DNA from: Candidatus Nomurabacteria bacterium
Lineage (GTDB): Bacteria; Patescibacteriota; Minisyncoccia; Phycocordibacterales; UBA9973
NCBI GenBank assembly: GCA_026396015.1
Contig: JAPLXP010000003.1
Coordinates: 26,626-90,625, forward strand
Reading direction: 5' to 3'
Length of the DNA: 64,000 bases
Shown: positions 57,187-64,000 of the stretch, in pieces
Numbering within the stretch: position 1 is the first letter of the stretch
Layout of the letters: each line of letters starts with the position of its first letter
Program-made: the position numbers and the translations under genes
Notes under the pieces: generated by a model
Database searches by the model: none
What the model saw: the letters and a program-made list of their open reading frames with translations, nothing else
Told to the model about the DNA's origin: nothing

Positions 57187-57573
57187 ATGGATCAAATAGC
57201 AAACATGGTAAATATGGTAAAGAATGCAAACCGCGTAGAGCGCGAGTCTGTGACTGTTCCATATTCAAAATTAAAGCAATCAATAGCAGATGCACTAGTA
57301 GCAGAAGGGTACCTAAAGAAGGCTACAAAGAAGATGCAAAAAGGATTCCCTACACTAGAACTAGAATTGGTATATGTAGATGGATCACCAAAAGTTACAG
57401 GAGTAGAACGTGTTTCAAAGTCATCATGTCGTGTTTACAAGGGTGTAAAGGAAATCCGCTCTGTTCGTCATGGTTTTGGATCAATGTTTCTTTCAACACC
57501 AAAAGGTATCTTAACAGACAAGCAAGCTCGTAAAGAGATGGTCGGAGGCGAAGTATTATTTAAAATCTGGTAA
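57187..57573 (+). CDS. rpsH: 30S ribosomal protein S8
   Basis: STPKGILT..AR...GGEVL. Confidence 0.98.
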   Translation: MDQIANMVNMVKNANRVERESVTVPYSKLKQSIADALVAEGYLKKATKKMQKGFPTLELELVYVDGSPKVTGVERVSKSSCRVYKGVKEIRSVRHGFGSMFLSTPKGILTDKQARKEMVGGEVLFKIW

Positions 57574-57582
57574 TAACATTTT

Positions 57583-58119
57583 ATGTCACGTATAGGAAAA
57601 CAAATAATAAATATCCCCGCAGGAACTGAGGTAAAGCAGACAGGTACTAGCATGTCTATAAAAGGACCAAAAGGAACACTCGTACGAGATTTCCCTGGTA
57701 CTGTTGCTATAAACATCAACGGCGCAGAGATAACTCTCACTCCAAAGAATGAAAACGACAAGACAGAGCGCTCTCTATGGGGTACTTATGCTTCTCATAT
57801 CAAGAATATGGTAGCAGGAGTAAATACAGGATACACAAAGAAATTGATCCTAGAAGGAGTTGGATTCAAGTCAGAAGTAGCAGGCAAGGTATTAAAGCTT
57901 GCTCTTGGTTTTTCACACCCAGTAAACGTTGATATCCCAGAAGGTCTTACAGTCACAGCAGAAAAGAACATTGTTACAGTTACAGGTATCGATAAGGAGC
58001 TCGTTGGTCAATGGACAGCAGGTGTTCGCTCATTGAAAAAGCCAGAACCATACAAGGGTAAAGGTTTCCGTTACGATACTGAAGTTATTCGTCGTAAGCA
58101 AGGTAAGAAAGCTGCATAA
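57583..58119 (+). CDS. rplF: 50S ribosomal protein L6
   Basis: [14 protein letters not shown]. Confidence 0.98.
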   Translation: MSRIGKQIINIPAGTEVKQTGTSMSIKGPKGTLVRDFPGTVAININGAEITLTPKNENDKTERSLWGTYASHIKNMVAGVNTGYTKKLILEGVGFKSEVAGKVLKLALGFSHPVNVDIPEGLTVTAEKNIVTVTGIDKELVGQWTAGVRSLKKPEPYKGKGFRYDTEVIRRKQGKKAA

Positions 58120-58124
58120 AATAT

Positions 58125-58466
58125 ATGAACAAGAAACAAGAAAAAAGAATAAGATTAAAGAAAAAGATTCGTGCAAAGATTGGTGTTGGTTCTTCTCGCC
58201 CTCGTCTTTCAGTGTTTCGTTCAAATGCATTTATCTATGCTCAGGTTATTGATGATACAAAGGGTATAACACTCGCTTCTTCTTCAGACATAAAAGTAAC
58301 ATCTGGCACAAAATCAGAACGTGCTGCCGCAGTAGGTGCAGAAGTTGCAAAGCTAGCTATCGCAAAAGGAATCAAAGAAGTAGTTTTTGATCGTAATGGA
58401 TTTAAATATACAGGTCGCGTAAAAGCATTAGCTGATGGGGCTCGCTCCGGTGGCTTGCAATTCTAA
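58125..58466 (+). CDS. rplR: 50S ribosomal protein L18
   Basis: [23 protein letters not shown]. Confidence 0.98.
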   Translation: MNKKQEKRIRLKKKIRAKIGVGSSRPRLSVFRSNAFIYAQVIDDTKGITLASSSDIKVTSGTKSERAAAVGAEVAKLAIAKGIKEVVFDRNGFKYTGRVKALADGARSGGLQF

Positions 58467-58475
58467 TAAATTTTT

Positions 58476-59108
58476 ATGGATACAAATAACAAACCAAAAC
58501 CAAATACAGCTACACCTACAAGTACAAGACCTCGCTACGGAACACGTCCAGCAGGAACAGGAGCAAGACCAGGTACAGGTGGAACTGGTGACAGAAAGCC
58601 TCGTGCATTCTTTGAGAGACCAAAACCAGAATTTGATCAGAAAATGGTTTCTATCCGTCGCGTTACTCGTGTGGTATCAGGTGGACGTCGTATGACATTC
58701 GCTGTAGCACTAGCTATCGGTGACAAGAAGGGTTCAATCGGACTAGGAACAGGTAAGGGTGCTGACACAGCAGTTGCAATAGCAAAGGCTCTACGTGCAG
58801 CAAAGAAAAGTATGTTCAAGATTGCTCTTACAAAAGAAATGTCTATCGCTCATGAGACAGCTGCAAAATTTGGAAGTTCAAAGGTTGCAATCATGCCAAA
58901 CAAGGGTAAGGGACTAGTTGCAGGTAGTACAGTTCGTGATATGCTAGTTCTAGCAGGAGTCAAGAATGTAACTGCAAAATTGCACTCTGGAAGTAAAAAC
59001 AAACTAAACAATGCTCGTGCTGCCTACGATGCTCTCGCATCAGTAAAAGCAAGAAAGGTTGTAGCAAAGAAAGAAGCAGAAGTAGTAGAAGCTGTAGAAG
59101 CAAAATAA
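58476..59108 (+). CDS. rpsE: 30S ribosomal protein S5
   Basis: RVTRVVSGGRR, GLGTGKG. Confidence 0.98.
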   Translation: MDTNNKPKPNTATPTSTRPRYGTRPAGTGARPGTGGTGDRKPRAFFERPKPEFDQKMVSIRRVTRVVSGGRRMTFAVALAIGDKKGSIGLGTGKGADTAVAIAKALRAAKKSMFKIALTKEMSIAHETAAKFGSSKVAIMPNKGKGLVAGSTVRDMLVLAGVKNVTAKLHSGSKNKLNNARAAYDALASVKARKVVAKKEAEVVEAVEAK

Positions 59109-59122
59109 TCTAAAATAATTTT

Positions 59123-59551
59123 ATGCAATTAAACGAATTAAAAAGAAATAATCCAAATAGAAAAGCTCGTCAAGTTGGACGCGGAGGTATTCGTGGTAAA
59201 CAAGCTGGACGTGGAGGCAAGGGTCAGACAGCTCGTGCAGGTAACAAGCGCCGCCCTCAAATTCGTGATATCATAAAGAAGCTTCCAAAGCTCCGTGGTT
59301 ACCGATTCAAGTCTACAGTTTTGAAGCCAAACGTTGTAAACGTGTCAGCATTGAATGTATTCGAAGCTGGTACAGTTGTGACTCCTACATCTCTATTTGC
59401 AAGTAAGCTAATCCGTAAATCTCATGGAAAGCTTCCAAAGGTAAAGATCCTAGGAACAGGTGAGTTGACTACAAAGATAAATGTTGAAGGTTGTATCGTT
59501 TCTGAAACTGCCGCAGCAAAAATTAAACAAGTTGGAGGAACTATCAAATAA
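59123..59551 (+). CDS. rplO: 50S ribosomal protein L15
   Basis: GRGGKGQTAR, LPKLRG, VKILGTG. Confidence 0.97.
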   Translation: MQLNELKRNNPNRKARQVGRGGIRGKQAGRGGKGQTARAGNKRRPQIRDIIKKLPKLRGYRFKSTVLKPNVVNVSALNVFEAGTVVTPTSLFASKLIRKSHGKLPKVKILGTGELTTKINVEGCIVSETAAAKIKQVGGTIK

Positions 59552-59558
59552 TAACTAA

Positions 59559-60830
59559 ATGGAAAAGTTTTTACACAAACTAAAGATAGTATTCACCGAC
59601 CGCGCGCTGCGAAAGCGTGTCTTGTTTGTTCTTGCACTACTAGTAGTGTTCAGACTATTGGCTGCTATTCCAATTCCTGGAGTAGATGCTATGAAGCTAC
59701 AAGCTTTTTTGAATAACAATCAATTTCTAGGAGTACTGAATGTATTCTCTGGTGGGGGATTGTCACACCTTTCATTGATCATGCTTGGGGTAGGACCATA
59801 CATTACTTCATCTATCATCATGCAGCTTTTGACTATCATGTCACCTCGTATCAAGGCTATGTATCAGGAGGATGGTGAGATCGGACGTAAAAAGTTCAAT
59901 CGCATCAGTCGTTTTGTTACTATCCCTCTTGCTATAATCCAAGCTATCACATTTATAATGCTTCTTTCAAAGCAAGGAGTACTAGGTGATATCACACTAT
60001 TTGCAAAGATCGCAAACATCTCACTAGTTGTCGCTGGTTCAATGCTGCTTATGTGGCTCGGTGAATTAGTTTCAGAATTTGGTATTGGTAATGGTGTATC
60101 ATTGATCATCTTTGCTGGTATCGTAGCTAATCTTCCAAAAGAAATTAGTCAATTCATGTTTACTTTTGATGCTGCTAGTATTCCACTTTACATACTATTT
60201 CTACTTGTTGGAATCTTGATCATCATCGGTGTAGTAGTAGTTACAGAGGCAGAGCGCCCAATTCCAGTTACTTATGCTCGTCAGATTCGTGGTGGTGCTA
60301 CTTCAGGTGGTACATCTACATACATACCTCTACGAGTGAACCAGTCAGGTGTTATTCCAATAATCTTTGCATTGTCTATATTGCTATTCCCTCAGATTGC
60401 AGGAACATTCCTCTCTACAATGGCAAATCACACACTAACAACTATCGGTGCTGGACTGCTATGGTTCGTACAAAATGTATGGCTATACTCACTTGTATAC
60501 TTTATATTCGTATTCCTATTTACATATTTCTATACAGCTGTGACATTTGATCCAAATCAGCTCGCAGAGAACCTACAAAAGAATGGTGCATTCATCCCAG
60601 GTATTCGTCCAGGTATCGCTACTCGTGACTATATCGCAAAGGTATTGAATCGTATCACCTTGATGGGTGCTATATTCCTCGGAGTTATCGCTGTTCTTCC
60701 ATTGATAATGAAAGCAATCACAGGTATTACTTCATTCGCATTGGGTGGTACTGCGTTGTTGATCGTTGTTTCAGTAGTGCTTGATATTATTAAAAAAGTT
60801 GAAGCCGAACTCTCCATGAGAGAGTACTAA
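59559..60830 (+). CDS. secY: Preprotein translocase SecY
   Basis: LGVGPYITSSII, GIGNGVSLIIF, FIPGIRPG, GGTALLIVV. Confidence 0.99.
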   Translation: MEKFLHKLKIVFTDRALRKRVLFVLALLVVFRLLAAIPIPGVDAMKLQAFLNNNQFLGVLNVFSGGGLSHLSLIMLGVGPYITSSIIMQLLTIMSPRIKAMYQEDGEIGRKKFNRISRFVTIPLAIIQAITFIMLLSKQGVLGDITLFAKIANISLVVAGSMLLMWLGELVSEFGIGNGVSLIIFAGIVANLPKEISQFMFTFDAASIPLYILFLLVGILIIIGVVVVTEAERPIPVTYARQIRGGATSGGTSTYIPLRVNQSGVIPIIFALSILLFPQIAGTFLSTMANHTLTTIGAGLLWFVQNVWLYSLVYFIFVFLFTYFYTAVTFDPNQLAENLQKNGAFIPGIRPGIATRDYIAKVLNRITLMGAIFLGVIAVLPLIMKAITGITSFALGGTALLIVVSVVLDIIKKVEAELSMREY

Positions 60831-60874
60831 AATCCCTCATTTAATTGAGGGATTTTTTGTGGTATATTAAAATT

Positions 60875-61465
60875 ATGAAAACTTATACATTTGTATTTTT
60901 TGGAATAGCTGGATCTGGAAAGGGAACTCAAGGTGCCTTGTTGGAAAAATTTTTGAAAGAGGGTAAATTGACTGAAGATATAATATATATAGCTCCAGGT
61001 GCAGAATACCGCAAATTGGTAGACAATGGTGGTTATACTGGTCAGATTATAAAGAGAACTTCAGAGAAGGGTTTCCTTCAGCCAGATTTCCTAACTACTA
61101 GTCTATTCACAAATATACTTATCTCAAATATGACAGCAAATATGTCTTTTATCGCTGATGGATACCCTAGGACAATTTCACAATCAGAGAGTTTTGAAAA
61201 GGCAATGAATTTTTACGAAAGATCAGATATTCATGTTATCTATATAGAAGTAAGTAAGGAGGAGGCTGTAAAGCGTATGAAAGTCCGTGCTCGTGCTGAT
61301 GATACTGATGAGGGTATAGAGACTCGTTTTGATGAATATGTTAAGAATGTACTGCCTTCTATGAAATACTTTGAAGGTAAACCAGGATATACTCTGCATA
61401 CAATAAATGGCGAACAGACTGTAGATCAGGTTCACGCAGATATTATTAAGACATTAGGAATGTAA
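60875..61465 (+). CDS. adk: Adenylate kinase (short-LID type)
   Basis: GIAGSGKGTQ, DGYPRT, RARADD; follows secY; start taken at ATG 60875. Confidence 0.9.
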   Translation: MKTYTFVFFGIAGSGKGTQGALLEKFLKEGKLTEDIIYIAPGAEYRKLVDNGGYTGQIIKRTSEKGFLQPDFLTTSLFTNILISNMTANMSFIADGYPRTISQSESFEKAMNFYERSDIHVIYIEVSKEEAVKRMKVRARADDTDEGIETRFDEYVKNVLPSMKYFEGKPGYTLHTINGEQTVDQVHADIIKTLGM

Positions 61466-61469
61466 TCTG

Positions 61470-62165
61470 ATGGATTCTGTAAATAAACAAAAAAGAATTG
61501 TAATATCATTGGGTGGTTCATTAATCGTACCCAATCAGATAGATATAGATTTTATATCTTCTTTTGTTCATTTGATTAATGAATATACATCTTCTGGTTT
61601 TAAATTTATTGTTATTACTGGGGGTGGACATATCTGTCGCAATTATAATAATGCGATAAAGGTGATAGTAGAGCCGACAAATGAAGACCTAGACTGGATG
61701 GGAATTGCAGCTACAAGATTGAATGCTGAATTTATTCGTATTGCTTTTGATGGACTAGCATATGAAAAGATAATGCTTGATCCAGACGAGCTCCCCGATA
61801 CAGATAAATCTGTGATAGTAGGAGGTGGATGGCAGACTGGTAACAGTAGTGATCTAGCAGCAGTACACATAGCTCGTGCATCTGACGCAGGCAAGGTCAT
61901 CAATCTTTCAAATATTGATTTTGTTTATGATAAAGATCCAAAGAAACATGACGATGCAAAACCTATAGAGAGCACTTCATGGGCAGAATTCAGATCAATC
62001 CTTCCTAAGGAATGGGATCCAGGTCTAAACTCTCCATTTGATCCGATAGCAGCACAAGAATCAGAATCATTAGGATTAGAAGTTGTAATCATGAATGGAA
62101 AGAATATAGATAATTTGAGAAAGTATTTAAACGGAGAAGTATTTACGGGTACAGTAATAAAATAA
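61470..62165 (+). CDS. pyrH: UMP kinase (archaeal-type)
   Basis: ISLGGS, TGGG..CR, D.MGI.ATRLNA, PG.NSPFDP.A. Confidence 0.93.
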   Translation: MDSVNKQKRIVISLGGSLIVPNQIDIDFISSFVHLINEYTSSGFKFIVITGGGHICRNYNNAIKVIVEPTNEDLDWMGIAATRLNAEFIRIAFDGLAYEKIMLDPDELPDTDKSVIVGGGWQTGNSSDLAAVHIARASDAGKVINLSNIDFVYDKDPKKHDDAKPIESTSWAEFRSILPKEWDPGLNSPFDPIAAQESESLGLEVVIMNGKNIDNLRKYLNGEVFTGTVIK

Positions 62166-62171
62166 AAATAT

Positions 62172-62939
62172 ATGGCAATAATAATAAAAACACCAGAAGA
62201 AATAGAGATACTACGCGAAGGTGGTAAGATCCTAGCAGAGATATTGGCAAAGGTGGCAGAAAAAGTAAAACCAGGTATTTCTACCTGGGAGCTTGATCAA
62301 TATGCATACAAATTAATCCGTGAACAAGATGGTGATCCAGCTTTCTTAGACTACCGCCCAGAAGGGCATCAGAAGCCTTATCCAGCATCACTCTGCTCAT
62401 CTGTGAATAGTGAGATTGTGCACGGTATACCAAAGCGTGGAATCATTCTAAAAGAAGGGGATATTATCTCTATAGACCTAGGTATCAAGCACAAGGGCCT
62501 ATTTACTGACCATGCGATGACTGTAGGCGTAGGTACAATATCTAAGAGAGATCAGGCTCTGATGGACGATACTCGTGAGGCACTAGAGATTGGTATCTGG
62601 GCTGCTCGTGGAGGTGCTACGACAGGTGACATCGGTCATGCTATCGAATCATTCGTACACAAGCGCTATGGTATCGTACGTGAGCTCTCAGGGCACGGCG
62701 TAGGCAAGAAGATTCACGAAGATCCATATATCCCAAACTATGGTAAGGCTGGCCGCGGTGCCAAGCTCGTACCAGGTATGGTAGTAGCGATCGAGCCGAT
62801 GCTGACTCAAGGTAATCCAAATATCTATGTAGCGGACGACGGATACACAGTAAAGACTATAGATGGTGGACGTGCTGCACACTTTGAACACACAATCCTC
62901 ATCACCGAAGGCGACGCAGAAATTCTAACTAAAATATAA
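62172..62939 (+). CDS. map: Methionine aminopeptidase type I
   Basis: SVNSEIVHGIP, GHGVG..IHEDP, AIEPM, AHFEHT. Confidence 0.98.
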   Translation: MAIIIKTPEEIEILREGGKILAEILAKVAEKVKPGISTWELDQYAYKLIREQDGDPAFLDYRPEGHQKPYPASLCSSVNSEIVHGIPKRGIILKEGDIISIDLGIKHKGLFTDHAMTVGVGTISKRDQALMDDTREALEIGIWAARGGATTGDIGHAIESFVHKRYGIVRELSGHGVGKKIHEDPYIPNYGKAGRGAKLVPGMVVAIEPMLTQGNPNIYVADDGYTVKTIDGGRAAHFEHTILITEGDAEILTKI

Positions 62940-63006
62940 AACAAAAAAACATCACGACACCGTGATGTTTTTTTGTTACCCAATCTGTTAATGATATAAT
63001 TTAAAT

Positions 63007-63390
63007 ATGGATAAAGAGTTTGATGAGTGGAATATACAAAAGAAGAATTTAAATTCTAAATTCGAATTATTTTCAAACATAAGAGAAATTTGGTGGTGTT
63101 CACTTGGTCTAAATATAGGAGTTGAGATTGATGGTAAAAATCAAAATTTTGAACGCCCAGTTTTAATATTGAAAGTATATAATAAAAATATGATTTTAGT
63201 TGCTCCACTATCTACAAAATTTAAAGATAATCCGTATTATTTTCCAGTTAAAATTTCAGAAAATAAAACTTCATATGTAATTCTTTCACAATCAAGATTG
63301 GTTAGTAGTAAACGATTGGTAAGAAAAATAAGTCGTTTAAATAAAAAATCATTTGAAAAGGTTATAAATGCTTTTAAAAATCATATATAA
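63007..63390 (+). CDS. Orphan PemK/MazF-family endoribonuclease toxin
   Basis: REIWWCSLGLNIGVEIDGK...ERPVLIL.......VAPLST, LSQ.R.VS.KRL. Confidence 0.9.
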   Translation: MDKEFDEWNIQKKNLNSKFELFSNIREIWWCSLGLNIGVEIDGKNQNFERPVLILKVYNKNMILVAPLSTKFKDNPYYFPVKISENKTSYVILSQSRLVSSKRLVRKISRLNKKSFEKVINAFKNHI

Positions 63391-63443
63391 AACAATCGGA
63401 CCCCCCACTTTCGTGGAGGGTCCTCGGAGCCCGAAGGCCTAAT
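63388..63443 (-). ncRNA. Candidate small RNA convergent with mazF
   Basis: Minus-strand TTGCAG-17-TATATT promoter (63478-63450); ggcc-UUCG-ggcu and ggacccuccac-GAAA-guggggggucc hairpins, then a U-rich tail. Confidence 0.55.
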
Positions 63444-63593
63444 AAACATAATATATCATATATTCTTAAATTCTGCAATATCCACACAAAACCCTTTAAA
63501 ATATGAACATTTTTACTCATTGACAAAATGGGTATTTTTATGCTATAATATACACAATAAATAAGTTTTTTAAAATTTAAACCAAAATAAAAA

Positions 63594-63785
63594 ATGAAAA
63601 CATCAGTATTCTGTGGATTTATCCTAATTGCATTGTTTGCCGTAGTAATCGGTTTCAATGCATTTTTCCCAACATTATCTACTCCTGAACAGAAAGTAAA
63701 CTGTTCATTGTTGGCATTACTTTCCCTTGTAGTTGGAATGGGCTTACTGGTCTATAGTAGAAATAAAGGATATAAAATTCTTTAA
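63594..63785 (+). CDS. Two-TM small hypothetical protein
   Basis: Own TTGACA-18-TATAAT promoter (63520-63549) and terminator (~63791-63827). Confidence 0.6.
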   Translation: MKTSVFCGFILIALFAVVIGFNAFFPTLSTPEQKVNCSLLALLSLVVGMGLLVYSRNKGYKIL

Positions 63786-63859
63786 AAAATAAAATCGTTA
63801 TCTTAATTAAAGGGTAACGGTTTTTTTGTTACCCAATCTATTAATGATATAATAATCGG

Positions 63860-64000
63860 ATGATTAAAGCTGAGTCATTTATTTTTTATGGATATAAAAT
63901 TAATCCTAAAAAATCTAGAATAGAATTTACTTATAGAATTGAATTAAAAAACGGTAAAACTAGAACCTACACAGATAACTTATTCTTTAAAAATGTTACA
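63860..64000 (+). CDS. CDS start (truncated by window end); weak resemblance to a MurL-like epimerase N-terminus
   Basis: MIKAESFIFYGYKINPKKSRIEFTYRIELKNG... open to the end of the window; product call tentative. Confidence 0.5.
   Translation, partial: MIKAESFIFYGYKINPKKSRIEFTYRIELKNGKTRTYTDNLFFKNVT

Larger units (their letters stand above)
62967..63853 (+). mobile_element. Cassette C after map, flanked by a 34-bp direct repeat
   Basis: gtttttttgttacccaatct(g/a)ttaatgatataat at 62967-63000 and 63820-63853. Confidence 0.7.

Noticed and set aside
874-62891. Numerous antisense or shadow ORFs over pcrA, pnp, rny, tig, tuf, ribosomal genes and the giant proteins
   Set aside because: Explained by codon bias of the real genes on the opposite strand or frame; no motifs or expression signals

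Overview
Chromosomal segment of a low-GC, small-genome bacterium. Its gene content strongly suggests CPR/Patescibacteria (Parcubacteria-like): rpmD/L30 is absent from its spc-cluster position, start regions are AT-rich and SD-poor, pyrH is archaeal-type, there is an rpsO-NYN-pnp block, and surface proteins carry G-x-A-W-S repeats. It encodes housekeeping genes (rsmA, pcrA, comM, dksA-like, pnp, rpsO, xerC/D, xth, cca, yraN, HU, rny, clpP, tig, ppa, nusA), four tRNAs, RNase P RNA, a surface-protein locus and tuf plus the S10-spc cluster through secY-adk-pyrH-map. Five observations stand out. (1) The ribosomal superoperon is broken at three points (after rplB, rplE and map) by stacks of small accessory cassettes, mostly toxin-antitoxin genes. 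These are delimited by direct repeats of the host terminator, promoter or the last codons of rplE, an integron-like accretion pattern with no adjacent integrase. (2) An orphan MazF/PemK toxin faces a convergent, promoter-driven ~55-nt RNA with two tetraloops, a candidate RNA antitoxin. (3) A four-copy family of co-varying structured leaders sits 18-28 nt upstream of comM, a membrane-protein gene, the NYN gene and clpP. (4) Eight parS-like palindromes, several translated inside cca and yraN, surround a DnaA-box intergenic region that is a probable oriC. (5) Small palindromic insertions with target duplication occur in rsmA and next to tRNA genes. All coordinates and motif calls were made by eye; no database searches were run.
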